Positions 48,052 through 61,212 of a DNA stretch of 64,000 nt are shown piece after piece. The stretch comes from Podarcis cretensis (taxonomy: Eukaryota). The translations under genes and the position numbers were made by a program. Where the stretch lies: NCBI GenBank assembly GCA_951804945.1, contig OX638157.1, positions 48,298,001 through 48,362,000 of the forward strand. The letters are read 5' to 3'. The notes beneath the pieces were generated by a model. The model ran no database searches, was not told the DNA's origin, and saw only the letters and a list, made by a program, of their open reading frames with translations. How positions within the stretch are numbered: the stretch's first letter is position 1; every line of letters starts with the position of its first letter.

Positions 48052-49240
48052 TATATTTGATTGGATGGAGTTATGGGCACATGCAAAAATATCCTAGTTA
48101 TAAACATACTTTAGAAGGCACATACTTTGGGCAGTAGAATCAATTGTTGACCTTGAGGTTGTTTTAAGTAGTCACCGAGCCCTTCCACAAGCCTCTATAT
48201 CTTCTCCATGGATGCAAATATCAAATTAGACCTTCATACATTTGAAGGCTTTCCAACAGGAGAGAATGAAATAGTTTAAATGTTTACTTCCAGGGTGGTT
48301 AATACCAAGTCTCCATGCAGTTTGACCAGCGCTTTCTGTTTCCTGTTGAGAGTGGCCATTTGAGTGTGGCCACCAATGCTGGTCAAAGGAAACATTGCCA
48401 TACAGGTGAGCAAGTATGGAGCAGTTTCCCGTGCCTGAATCATGACCTTGCCACCCAAGTGGTGGCTCTCAAATAAAACCTTGAAACCAAGGGTTGCATG
48501 CTGCTTTTGCTGCCTTTCCCCTGCTCCTATCTCTATGGTTTAATCTATGGATTTGTCTGCATTTTAATGGCAGACAAGTTTTAAGTTGCCTGTCCTTTGA
48601 GATGCCAGTCACAAGATCCTTCCTGGGATTTAAAAAAACAACTATGGTTTAAGGGAGTGTATTTCTTTCAGTCCTTTGGCTTGGAACTCTCACCATCCCA
48701 TCTAAAAGAAAGTAATTGAGCATGGAGAGACAACACATTTTTATATGGTGCTAAACTGAAAAAGACTTTCCTTTTCAGTCTCAAAGTGCCCAGACGGCAT
48801 TAAGAACTAAGCATCTGAAAGTTTCTCAAAGTTTTGTTGAACACAAAGAAGTATTTTTTAAAGTGTCAAGAATATGTAAATGTTGCCATTTGGCTAATGC
48901 CCAAAGTGTTGGCTGCTACTTGGCATTAATATAAATTAGTATAAATTGCTGTTTAAGTTCTGCTTCTTACGTCTCAGAGAGTATAAACATTGTAAATTAC
49001 AGTACAGTGTTGTGGATCTATATGACTCTCTTTAAAGCTTAAGCCAATTTTTCCTGGGGATTGGTGGGGTAGCATAGGACCAACCCTTTAGAAGTAAATT
49101 TTGGATTTTTTTTTACTCAACCCATTTCCCAATCACTATATTATTTTTATGATAGGACCACATGTTTGACTTTAAACTGCTCTCCCTCTTTGGCTGCAAG
49201 TCTTACACTATTCACTATGTAGTTGGCCAATTGAACTAAA

Positions 49241-49429
49241 AGGAACACAGGATTCTGTCTTGTACTGAGTCAAACCAACTGGTCTATTGAGCTGAATAAT
49301 ATCTACACTGACTGGCAGAGACTTTTGGACTGGGGACTTTGCCAGACCTACTTGGAGATGCCAGGGATTGAACCTGGGACCTTCTGCATGTGAAACAGAT
49401 GCTCTGCCACTGAGCTACGGCCCTTCCCC
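49241..49429 (-). mobile_element. tRNA-derived SINE with CR1-like tail (Squam3-like)
   Basis: Minus strand GGGGAAGGGCCGTAGCTCAGTGGCAGAGCATCTG...GGTCCCAGGTTCAATCCCTGGCATCTCC has A and B boxes followed by a SINE body. Confidence 0.85.
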
Positions 49430-49885
49430 ATTTTGGAATGCTCTTTCAGAATAAAGCAGTGGAGGACTACTCTATATCATGCACATTAATGACTGGGCTA
49501 CAAAGGCCACTGGAGTTTGAGAGTTGCAGAAAAGCTGCTGCCATCAAAGTATATGCTCTGTCTAATTTAATGAAGTCAATTCTAAGACTGTGGCTTACTA
49601 GGTGAAGGTTATGTGTGTGTGCATGTGAGTGTGTGTGTTCGGTATGCATAAAAAGGAGTCACTGTAGCTTGGAAGTGAACACCCTTTCTAGATACAGGTA
49701 CTACATCCTCGTTCTGTTTCTAGTCAGTCCATGTTCCACAATTTCTGCTGCATTTCTGTACCCTTTTGAAGCTCAGATGTTCCGAATTGTGTTTCTTTGG
49801 CCCATTTTTGTGGTGCTTTAGTGCAAGAGTGTCCCTCCAGATCGCAATTGGGCGATAACATGGGGAAAGCACTGCAAAACGGCTA

Positions 49886-50170
49886 ATAAGAACATAAGAA
49901 GAGCCTGTTAGATCAGGTCAGTGACCCATCTACTCTAGCATTCTGTTCTCACAGCAGCCAACCAGATGCCTGTGGGAAACCATCAATCAGGACTTGAGCA
50001 GAATACCACTTTGCCCTCCAGCAGTTTCCAGCATTCAGAAGCATTACTGTCTGCGACTGGAGGTGGAGCATAGCCATCATAGCTAGTAGTTGGCATCTTT
50101 CTCCTCCATGAATTTGCCTAATGCTCCTTTAAAGCCATCTAAGTTGGTGTGGGAGTGAGTTTCATAGTTT
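49886..50170 (-). mobile_element. CR1-like LINE 3' fragment
   Basis: TAAGAACATAAGAAGAGCCTG...GATCAGG...CCATCTA...CAGCCAACCAGATGCC is the reverse complement of a CR1-type 3' end with a TTCTTATG tail. Confidence 0.7.
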
Positions 50171-51626
50171 ATTCAGCATAGTGGGATGATGTGTGGGCAG
50201 TCCAGGAAAAATCTACCACTAATGAATGATTATTGCATCAATGCCATGTTGCAGAATGCACCCATGAAAAACACATGTGGTGATGCTCATAGACAAGCAG
50301 TCAAACCCAGCAGCCAGCAGCCAGCAGACTGTTCCAATGGGGAATTGATGGCTTAACCACAAGAATCAGGGCTGTTGTAACCCATTTCTGGATTGGACTG
50401 CTAATGAAACCAAGTATTCTAAATCACCAAAGGAAAAATGAAAAGGTGATATCGTCCAAATGACACAATTCTAGAAAATGTTAAGAGGTATATTTATGAT
50501 CTATTTTGGACCATTTTACTTTCCTGTTCATGAAATTGTGCATACTATTGTAAAATTTCTGTGGAGGAGTGTTAAAAGACTGAGCCGAAAGAATAGCAAA
50601 TAGTAAATCTACTGAATCATGTGGTCCTTCTTTGAAATATTTTTCTGAAGGAGTTTTGCCTACACATTCTTCATTCGTAGTGTTTAGCCTAGAGATGTAT
50701 TTGTCAGGGAGCCTTGCTCCTTCACTGAAGCTTAAAAGCCACTAAAATCAATGCAGTATGTTTGCACTGGAAATATATAGTTGCAGCTCAAACACACAAT
50801 GATATGTTTGTACAGCTTTAATCAAACGGGCTCTCACACAGTTACCAACGTGATTAAGAACATTTTGAGAAACCTGCCACTTCACACAGTAAAGACTGAA
50901 TGTGACCTTTAAAGGGTAAATTAGTGTGCCCAATAAACAGAATGGCTTTTTAACGCTCTGTGCAGATGTTTCATGTTTACGATTTTATCTTTACTACATT
51001 TTAAATATTCTTAAATGCATGCACTTTTCAGTTCTGACAACTCTTTATATAGCAGGATGATCCTTGAAATGTTTTAAACACGATCGCAATGGACGCTGGG
51101 TAGATCTGATCCTTAGCTTCATGTTATTGAATGTATGGAATTTGCCACCAAGATGGCTTGGTACATTCTGATCCTAAGCATATTGATTTGAAAATAATTT
51201 CCATTGGTTCCTGACTTCAAGAAAATGTGCGACTAGCCTTGCAGCTTTTCCTATCCATGCTTATCCACAAGATGTCCCACTGAGTTCTAGAAAGCAATTA
51301 TATTTACTATTAGGATTTAGCCATTTCACACAGCCCTAGAATTTGGAAGTAGGTCACAATTAAATGCATAAAAGTTGGGGCTGAGCAAAAAGGGCACCCC
51401 CAAATTATCCACAATGTTTTTGGACAGTGAACTTGAGGTAGAGTTGGGCAGGTGGCATATTGCTGAGTATTTTCCAGGGGATGACTGAAATTCTACAGAT
51501 GTTCAAGAGGATTTTTTTAAGAAGAAAAATTTATAAGAACTGTTGGAGGGTCAGGGGGAATCTGAGAAATTATATATCATTTATAGTAATATAATGAGAA
51601 AAAAATACCTTTTCTCCTACAACATA

Positions 51627-51868
51627 CAGTGGTACCTTGGGTTACATATGCTTCAGGTTACATACGCTTCAGGTTACAGACTCCGCTAGCCCAGAAATAG
51701 TGCATCAGGTTAAAAACTTTGCTTCAGGATGAGAGCAGAAATTGTGCTCCAGTGGCGTGGCAGCAGCAGGAGGCCCCATTAGCTGAAGTGGTACCTCAGG
51801 TTAAGAATAGTTTCAGGTTACGTACGGACCTCCGGAACAAATTAAGTACTTAACCCAAGGTACCACTG
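51627..51868. mobile_element. Tc1/mariner (Tigger-like) MITE (242 bp)
   Basis: Perfect 18-bp TIR CAGTGGTACCTTGGGTTA flanked by TA on both sides; internal TCAGGTTA repeats. Confidence 0.92.
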
Positions 51869-53075
51869 TATATCTAAAACTGGATGCAGAGAGACAGCCC
51901 GGAAAAACTAAATGATCATGCAAAGCATGGTATTTGTTTCTTCCCCTGTGCCATGAGATCCCATATGAAATACTGCATTCTAGAAGGTACAGCAATAGAT
52001 AGGTCTGTTTCTGTGTGTCCGGGGTTGGAGGAATCCACAAATGGGGGGTTTGCTATGGAGCTGAAATCAGAAGAGTAGATGGAGATTCATTCGTTGCTCA
52101 GTGTACACTGAAATGGTGTAATTTCAATTTAAGTGCTTATTTTTTCATGAATGATGAAGGTCATTCATTCTAAACTAATCTAAAGACCCTCTAGAAGACA
52201 AGTGCATTCAAAGCTAAGATGCTTCTATTCCCCCTGTTGGATTTTGAAGTGGAAGGTCACGGGCAATGTATGTGATGACAACCAAATGGTACATTTCTCA
52301 GTGACATAGATGGATTGGTAGCGTTTGTGTGTTATAGTCAGTGAGAGTGCATAAAGTAACAGTAGCATTGGTAATGACCGCAGGTGTCTGGGCATGCATT
52401 GCAAATCAATAGTGACAGAAGCTGTATAAAAACACCCCAGGAACCACAGACCTCATGGGACCCACATTTCAAACCATAACTTAATCACAACTGTTTATCG
52501 GCAGCATTTACCTAATGGATGAAGTGTCAAAAAGTATCTTTGACATTATGCTTCATACTGTCCTCTGATTTATATATTTATGCAGGCTACACATACAAAG
52601 AATGACTAATTTTTTCCTGTGTGTTTGAAAGGTGATTGGAAATATTTGCTACAACTTTACATCCATATAATTCACACGGTGCAAAAGACTCCCTCTTGTA
52701 CGTGCAAGCATATTACCTGAAAAAGAGAAGAATTTGCATTGCCTTTGAGTAGAAGGAAAATTATTGGAGGGAAATGGGTTAATACTGAAAATAACATTTC
52801 TATTCATTGTAAAAAGTTTTATAGCTACTGCTGCTGGACTTGTGCTTTAGTGTTTGCATCTGTTCAATGTGAAAGGTATTGCGTTGTGTACTTCTACAAT
52901 TCAAGCTCTTTGTCCTTTTAAAAAAAATAAATATGAATGCACCCCATCTATTTGTATTAAAAATGAATGGAAAAATAATGAATAGGAAAAAATCCAAATG
53001 AAATATCTTTCATTTTCCCATTTGTTTTGATTCATTTTTAAAGGCATTGGAAGAACTTGCTTGCATCAGATACTT

Positions 53076-53315
53076 TGGGATGTATTCAAGCAATCCTTTT
53101 TGCTGGCAGAAGGCAGAGCACAAAAATTCCTGCTAGTGCAATGACATTTCTTCCTCTCTCCATTCGTGCCTCCCCTGAATCACTCTGGAGGGTCAAGAGA
53201 AATCCAGAACGTCACACAGAGAAAGGAAAGGGAAGGGGAGATTGTTCTCTTGGGCAAGTAGAACTCATTGTACTGGAGGAACAATCTTCTTAGTGCTACA
53301 TTGAATTCCACCCAA
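53076..53315. mobile_element. MITE with imperfect TIRs (possibly PIF/Harbinger-like)
   Basis: Termini TTGGGATGTATTCAA ... TTGAATTCCACCCAA; the superfamily assignment is a guess. Confidence 0.5.
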
Positions 53316-53398
53316 TGTCTGGACACATTTTACAGTTCACATAAAAATCACAGGGAGAGAAGAAAGGCAGACAAAGCAATGACAGTTATGCTGTATGG

Positions 53399-53606
53399 CA
53401 TGGGTAGGCAAACTAAGGCCCAGGGGCCGGATGCGGCCCAATCGCCTTCTAAATCCAGCCCGCTAAATCAGCGTGTTTTTACATGAGTAGAATGTGTCCT
53501 TTTATTTAAAATGCCTCTCTGGGGCATAGGAATTGGTCCATTCCCCCCCAAATATAGTCCAGCCCCCCACAAGATCTGAGGGACAGAAAAAGTTTGCTGA
53601 CCCCTG
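53399..53606. mobile_element. hAT (Charlie-like) non-autonomous element
   Basis: Termini CATGGGTAGGCAAACT / AGTTTGCTGACCCCTG; internal GGCCC subterminal repeats; TSD CTGTATGG / CTGTATGC. Confidence 0.85.
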
Positions 53607-54003
53607 CTGTATGCACATTTGTGTATAGAAGTAACCCTGTCCAATCACAAGTCCTAATACAGACTGGGGAACTTGTAGCCCTTCAGATGTTGATGGACTA
53701 CAGCTCCTATCATCCCTGACCGTTTGGCATACTGTCTGAGGCTAATGAGAGGTAGAGTTCAAATGTTGTCTGGAGGTTACAGGTTCCCCACCCCTGTCCT
53801 ATTAGATCCTCCAATTCCAAAACAGTGTTTCGTTTTGGTTTTTTGGGAGGCTCATCAAATGTTGCTGTAGAAAATATCTTTGAAGACTACAGGCATGGAT
53901 ATTATAATCCTTGGAGCCCTGCTTTTTCATACAAGTATCTTAGAAACAAGCAACTGAAAGATACAACATGACAGCTAGGATGTATATCACAGGAAAGTCA
54001 ATG

Positions 54004-54105
54004 GAACATAAGAACATAATGAAAGTCTGTTGGATCAGGCCAATGGTCCACCTATTCCAGCATCCTGCTCTAACAGTCACCAACCAGATGCCTATGGGAA
54101 ACTCA
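54004..54105 (-). mobile_element. CR1-like LINE 3' fragment (same family as 49886)
   Basis: GAACATAAGAACATAA...GGATCAGGCCAATGGTCCA...CCAACCAGATGCCTATGGGAAAC. Confidence 0.65.
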
Positions 54106-56173
54106 AAAGTCTACCATAGATTACAGTAGCTAGAGAAAGCTGCCCCTGTTATTCACTAATATTCTATAAATTACATTCTGGGAGCTAAAATGCAGAACAC
54201 TTAAACCCTTAAAGGATTGGCCCACATATCTGAGAGCTAAAGAAGGTTGCATGATGGAATATTGGAGAAGGAACTTCTGCTTCCAGATCACTTGTGCTGG
54301 TGGTGGGACTTTAAAAAAAACAAATGTCAAATTTCTCATCAGCAGGACTTGACATATACACTTTTGCAGTAAAGCTTGTTAGCCAAACCTTTCATGTCCA
54401 TCCAATGGGCAAGTAGTTGTACCATGCCTGGTTTTGGTGCATGTTAAAATGGATTTGAAAAGCAAGAACAAGATTAGTAATTACGAGAAATACCAGCTGA
54501 ACTGTACTGGCAAAGTGGAATATTTTCCTTGAACTTTGATGACTCACGTATTGTCTAAGGACAATTTTGCTTCACTATGTAATCCCCACATCTATTCCCC
54601 CCCCCCAATATACTGAAGACCATATTTATCTTGCCCTTCCACTGTAGTCATATTGCTCAGATCCACTAACAACAATTTAAAAGCTACAAAATAAGGACAA
54701 ATATAAGAAAACACAACAAAACGGAGAAAAGTCTTGGTTAGAGGTCCCAGATCCATTAAAGCACTATAATGCTCAGTGATCTTTGGCTGGGAGACATGGG
54801 AAGTTTAACAGATTAGAAACAAGTTTAAATCCATAGTTTATCGTATGTTCAAAGCATAATGTAGTAGCCAAAAGCTCATAGGCTTTAGGCCAAGGGGGTG
54901 GAGCTTGGAGAAGGTGGACCAGAGGAAGAGACTCATAATGCTTCAGTTCACCTCTGGCTTTTGTAGGACCAAGTTGCTAATTCTGAGTAATCTATGGTGT
55001 TGCAGCCATTGGTCTGCTTGCCACTATGGATACCTGGGACAGATAGGGAACCATAACAGGGAACTTAAAAATGGCTATGACTTTCTCACCATTGTACATA
55101 AGTGGATAAAATTTGAAGGCAAATTATCTCCTGGAGACTGAATTAATACAATCAAATTTCAGGGTTTTTATTGAGCTGATACCTTCTGAAATCTTTCCCT
55201 CCATGCCATCATGGATGCAAATTGTAGGCATAGTAACTTCTGGTGCAGCAGTTCTCCCAAAGGGGCATGATTGATGGGAAAATAGAAATCATATTACCAC
55301 CACTAGCTTTTTTTTTGGGGGGGGGAGGGCAATCAGTTTGAAACCTGGGGGCATGAGGGACACACCAGAGAGCTATGACAGAATGGATTTGGGGGTGGTT
55401 GTATAAAAAGGGAGTGTCTGAGAGAAGCAAATGGTGGTTTTATATGGAAGGTTGAGCCTTTGATGGCACCTTGAGAGTGTTTCCTTTCCCCTTCTTCCTT
55501 AACAGAACGTTTTCCCCCAAAGAAACACAGGAGTTGTAGTTAATTAATCACAAAGTTATGATTCTCAGCACTCTTAACAAACCACAGTTCCCAAGAATAT
55601 TTTTTTGGGGGTGTCACTTAAATATATGGTATGTACACAACCTGGCATGTTTTCAGGCACCATCTGCTGCTGTTGTTTACTTATCGTTTTTAATGTTGCC
55701 TGATGTAATGTTGGGCTTTCCCCCACTAATCTGAAAGCTCTGCTGCTATCATTTTTGGCAGCAGGACAGCTTAGGGAGAGAACCCATTACATGAAAAGTC
55801 TGGCATTGATTGCTTACTTGCAGATTAACACAAGGAAGGCATCACATGCATGGACTGCAATAATGCAGCCTAAAAGGCAGATGAGGACCATTCAGTATCC
55901 TTTGAGGTTACTTGCAAAATCCAAGCTATAAAAGTCATACGATAGTTCTTTAGATGATACTGTTGCAAGATCTTTACTATTATCTGCCATGTGTGTTCAT
56001 TAGGGATTGTAGTATGCGTATATGTTGAGGGGAGAAGGAAAGAGCAACATCTCCCTAGACTTTGATGCTACCCACTGTTAAATGGGGGGAAATGTGGTTG
56101 ATGTGCAATGCACATCCACTCAGAAATAAGTCCCATTGAATTACATGGGACCTTCTGCCAGGTAAGTATACAG

Positions 56174-56368
56174 CAGGGACAGGGAACATATGGCCTTTTA
56201 GTTGTAGACTACAACTCCACCATCCTGATCATTATATTCAGAACTGCCCTGAGACCTGCAGGTATATGGCGGTATACAAATTTAATAAATAATAAAAATA
56301 AAATTATTGATTGTTCTGTGAGTGGTTGATAAGTGTCCAACAGTATCTGGAGGACCACATTTTCCCTG
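56174..56368. mobile_element. hAT MITE carrying a nested L2/SINE-type 3' tail (~56241-56303)
   Basis: MITE halves (CAGGG...GACTACAACTCC and TCTGGAGGACCACATTTTCCCTG) are separated by GAACTGCCCTGAGACC...GGCGGTATACAAATTTAATAAATAATAAAA. Confidence 0.7.
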
Positions 56369-56479
56369 GTGTGCAGGATTGCTGCAATCCTATTAACTTT
56401 GGAGTAATGCCAGTGAAATCAACAATGCTTACTTTGGGCAAGACATGCCTAGGAGAATGAATAAACAAACAAGCAAACA

Positions 56480-56559
56480 AATCCTATACATGACTACTCA
56501 GAAGTAAGTCCCACTAATTTCAGTGTGGCTCATTCCCAGGTAAGTGTGTATAGGATTGG
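56480..56559. repeat. Short (~80 bp) palindromic interspersed repeat; decayed copies at ~225-297, 445-532, 2935-3020, 3228-3312, 5210-5272, 7705-7790, 9110-9188, 15635-15716, 21555-21625, 31885-31951 and 56105-56385
   Basis: Consensus-like AATCCTATACA...TACTCAGAAGTAAGTCCCA...CCCAGGTAAGTGTGTATAGGATT recurs throughout the window. Confidence 0.7.
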
Positions 56560-57537
56560 TTTATTTTAGCATGTGTTTTCCTAGGACACCATAAATAGGG
56601 TTAGTCACTAATGTGCAAATGTGTCTTTCTATCATAATAATTTTTTGATCTACTAGAGGATATTCTCCAGTTACAATACTGAAGGCTGATATACAGATTT
56701 TGTTCCTGGCACTGCTCAAAATGTGCAGGGCACATACAAAACCCCAAAGCCCCGGCGAAGGACCTGTGATTTCACTGCTAAAGCCTAATAAGCTGCTCCC
56801 CTGGAAGACGAAAGCTCAAAGAGAGAAGCAACTTTGGCAACAGCTCTCCAGTTCTGATATTTCCGTCTCCTGAAGGTCTGCCAAAGTTCAAGCCTGACCA
56901 TCTTTCAGGGATACAAGACAGTTTTTTTTTTTTTAATAAAAAAGAAAGAAAAAGAAAAACTTGAAGTTGACATTTGATGACTATGAATAAGCATAGGCTT
57001 ATTTTAGCTACCTATTCATCTTCTCCAGCTATCTTTGAAGAATGTTCATTGTGCTCTGTATTGAAGGGTTAGCATGGCATATGAATATGAGTAAGGACCA
57101 AACTCTAGTTATATGGTTTGAGGCAGTCATATGTGTTTTATTTAGGATTCAGCCCTGTTCCCCTACAAAGCAGGGAAAAGAAGTACTGTAAGTAGGTGTG
57201 TAAACAAAAACAAAAACCCTTTATTTTAATTGAATTGTTATCAAAAATAAATGTCCTATTAATATATCATTATCCAATGCATATTTTATAACTGCACCCT
57301 TAGTCATATTAGATCAGCAGGTTTTTAACATGAAATGGTCTATGAGGGTGAGGGGAACTAAACCCTCTCTCACCCCTCCCTCTTTTGCTGTGATCTGATG
57401 CTTCAAGAAATGTTCTGTCTAGCCCAGCTCACTTCTCTTATTGGGCTGGAAGAAATTTGCTTTAAGCAACAGAGTACAACGAGGTAGAGTTGGAAACGGG
57501 GGAAAGATTTGACTCCCCTCACTTGCATCCTTTTAAT

Positions 57538-57692
57538 CAGACTTCCTCAACCTCTGGGCTCCAGATGTTTTTAGCCTACAACTCCCATTTTAGCCTACAA
57601 CTCCCATTTTCCCTAGATAGCAGGACTAGTGGTCAGGGATGATGGGAATTGTAGTCTCAAAACATCTGGAGGGCCAATGTTGAGGAAGCCAG
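57538..57692. mobile_element. hAT MITE related to 32103, with an internal ~19-bp tandem duplication
   Basis: Shared body CCAGATGTT...CTACAACTCCCAT...GGGATGATGGGAATTGTAGT...CATCTGGAGG; TSD CTTTTAAT / CTCTTAAT (7/8 match). Confidence 0.85.
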
Positions 57693-59516
57693 CTCTTAAT
57701 TGTATGTGTGTGTGTTTTAAAAAGTGCTCACCACCTGGTTGGGGACTCCAAATGAATGACAGGAATATAAATCAGTAACTTGCTTCTAAGGTAAAGCAAA
57801 GTTTTTCATGTAAGAGTATGGTGATATGTCAGGTTCTGTGAAAATTTGCCTCTGGAATTTGATCTGCAACGTCTCATTCACACAAACAGTTCATCATTTG
57901 ATGCTGCCCCACCTCACCGAAGTATAAGCACACACTAATCACCCCTAAGAAAGGAACAAATAGCCGTGTTCTGTGAAGTGACACACAAATGGCTAAACAG
58001 TGAGGTCTGCCTGATGGATAAATAGATACGCTTGCAAACTCGTGTACAAATGCTTCCAGACTTGACAATGAAACTGTAAATGCAAGGAACAAGCCTTGCT
58101 CTGCTTGGAATGTATTCAGATAGCTGGCCATTTTCCAGGCAGGGCTGGAGGGGGTAAGGTGCAGTGATGTGATCTAAATCCACTGGTTACATGCAGAGGG
58201 GATTAACATCTGCTAAAAGTATTACGGACATCATGCAGGTGTTTCAATATTTGTATTTAGTATGTGCTGCAGCAACAGTCTCTGAGAAAGCGTTCAGGCT
58301 GCAATCTGGTCATTTTATTGTCTGAATCTGTCAGGACAGTCATTTTGTTCCGCAAACTTTGTGATCCCCTCGCAAGTTGTAAACTATTTAATGAAGTGAG
58401 TATATTGAGAAAGATGACAGACTTTCTAACTTTTGGAAGAGGGTATTACATCAGAGACATTCGTTTTTACCCTGGGGAGAATGTCTTAATGCATATATAA
58501 CAAAAAAGCTGAATTAGATTGAACGTTTCCAGAATTCCAGTAAATTCCTGTGGGCTGGTCTATATTTGACATAGCTTTCATTATGTCAATAAACAACACA
58601 CTTTGGTTCCAATATTAGCAAGATATAAACAAATGCTTTGGTGAATTACCAAACTGAAAGTGTAATTATAGCAGACTTTGAAGAGCTTTGTCCCTTGTGT
58701 CTGTTAAGATTTTATTGCCCTTTGAGAAAACTCGCACATTGTGTAGCTTGCAAACATAAGTTGTTTGCAGAGGTTAGCTTTTTTAAAAGGGATGTTGGAA
58801 CTCAGCGCTGCATAGAAACTCTAGCCTCTGACGAGGACTCTCCATTCCAAATAAGTAAGGGTTGCTCATGAAGCCCTCTGCACATGTTTAGAGACATTGG
58901 CAAAGGTGATCGCTAGACATTCAAGTCCACAGTTTGAACAGAATCTAAGTGTATACATATGTATGTGTGTAGGCTCCAATAAGCTCTATTTGGTATCTTA
59001 GAAAATTGAGTATTCCCATTGCCTGTATCCTAGAAAACTGAGTGTTCCCAGTGCATGTTTCAGTTTGCATAGGTAGGGTCTATGAAAAATAATATTTGGA
59101 GGCAGGCCAGCATGCATAACCCCAGCCACCTCTTTCCACACATTTGTTGGTAGCAAAAGAATTGTCTGCAGGGATGTTAATCCCTCATATGAAGATGGAG
59201 AGAGGGAACCAGAGCACTAGCTCTGCCCCTGCCCTAATGCAGTTTGGAAAACCAATCTTCCAAGATTATAAATCACATGGGGGAAGCTTCAAAAGAAGAA
59301 CAGTCCCCATGTTGCAGATGTTCAGCCCTAAACAGGGTGTGAAAGCAGTGATGGTGACATGAGGGATGGCCAGGGACATGTTGCCTTCCTCCCCTCACAC
59401 TGTGGTAGTCACAATTGAGAAAATGTTTGAAGAGTGCAAATGAACATTAGAAAAAGGGCTACAGCCATTACTTGCATTCTAAGGTTGGATCCTGGCATTC
59501 AACGAAAACTATAAAT

Positions 59517-59693
59517 GGGGAAGGGCCATAGCTCAGTGCTAGAGCATTTGTATTGCATGTGGAAGGTCCAAGGTTCAGTTCCTGACATCTTCAGTAGGTG
59601 TGGAAGAGAATCCTGCCAGAAACCCTGGATAGCTGCTACAAGTTGTTGCAGGGAGTACTGAGCTATTAGGATAAGGCAGCTTCCCACATTCCT
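59517..59693 (+). mobile_element. tRNA-derived SINE (same family as 49241)
   Basis: GGGGAAGGGCCATAGCTCAGTGCTAGAGCATTTG...GGTTCAGTTCCTGACATCT...ATAAGGCAGCTTCC. Confidence 0.85.
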
Positions 59694-60580
59694 TTGTAAA
59701 CAGTATTCCCACATTGGACCCAAATGAGCTGATTCACATTACATCCTAGTTATTCTCCATTAAACTAACTAAAAACCCATTAAACTATCAAGTAAATATT
59801 GCATCTTCTGGTGAGCTGAAGGGCAACAGCATCAGAATAAAAGGCTTAGGAAGCTCTGCTGGTCTGTAAAAAAAAACAAATTCCAAAATCCGTAGTTTGG
59901 CAATACTTTTATTAGGACTAACAAGAATGCCACAAAATAGTGAGTCAAAACCTGGCTTGATGTTCAAGTCTGCATTTAGCCAGATTCTTCAAGATGGAAT
60001 ATCAGCTAAGGAATAGCTGTGAAGCGAAAAAAATAAAAAAGTAAAAAAAGTCCACAATATTTTGCAAACATATCCTAGTAAAGATATGCTCACTGATTTC
60101 TGAGGTTTCAGATTAGGCCCAAGAGAACAAATTTCCTCCCTGGTTCACATCTGTTCAAATCCATTGTTTTAGGGTTAAAATAAAGCTAAGACGCCTCCAT
60201 AGTGTAGATACGTTTTCTGTTCCAAAGAGGTTACAGAACAAATTAGCATCAGGGATATGTGCATGTATAATGTATTTCTCATCTAAATGTTTGAGTATGT
60301 TTGTGCAGCATCAAAAAGTCCAGAATACAATAATATCCCATAAAAGAAAAATATAAAGGAAAAAAAATCACCACTGAACAGTCACAATTTTCTTCAGAAG
60401 TGTGTATAGATTAAGAAACGGCATTAAAAAAATCTCAGAATCACATAAATTGAAACTTTAAGGGAATATATGTATATTCCGTGGGTTGGGCTCACATGCT
60501 TGAAATCAATTTTATTGGGGAGACACCATGTAAATCTGGCCTCCCATGTGAAATGACACCTGTATGGTTTCCTGTTTAAG

Positions 60581-60799
60581 CAGCAGTTACACGTCAAAGT
60601 GCAAGTAGGTACTGCTCCGGTGAGAAGGTAAACGGTGTTTCTGTGCACTGCTCTGGTTTGCCAGAAGCAGCTTAGTCATGCTGGCCACATGACCCGGAAG
60701 CTGTATGCCGGCTCCCACGGCCAATAAAGCGAGATGAGCGCCACAACCTCAGAGTTGTCCGCGACTGGACCTAACGGTCAGGGGTCCCTTTACCTTTAC
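60581..60799 (+). mobile_element. Sauria SINE (Squam1), 5'-truncated
   Basis: Body CACGTCAAAGTGCAAGTAG...TAGTCATGCTGGCCACATGACCCGGAAG...GCGAGATGAGCGCC, ending GGTCAGGGGTCCCTTTACCTTTAC with the (ACCTTT)n tail. Confidence 0.9.
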
Positions 60800-61212
60800 T
60801 TCTCAAAGTGATCATGTGAACCAGGCATTCGCACTAGAACACTGAGAAATAGCATAGCTCTGTGCAGGAAGTGAAAGGTGAATTTATATGTACAGTAATG
60901 AAAACTTCACCTGGGCCAAGGGACAGGAGGGGCTTTGTGTTCTTAGTGTGATGGAGGGGAAGGGTAGGTTGTGCAAGGGAAAAGCAAGGGAACTCCAGCA
61001 TCTGAGGAATTATGGATAGGATAGAAAAAACAGATAATGGCAATGTGACAAGGAAGTAAGGAATTTCATGTACACTTTTTAACTAACTAGCAAATTTTTT
61101 TGCTGTATACGTCTTGTCAATTCAGATTTCTAGAAACAATCTGAAAACATGACACTTCAAAATATGTGCATAAATTTGGCTTACACCGTCCCCTTTATTG
61201 CTCTTTCTCTCT

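Noticed and set aside
49340-49429. tRNA-like sequence (also at 59517 and 44040)
   Set aside because: These are degenerate A/B-box heads that continue into SINE bodies; I could not build a complete cloverleaf.
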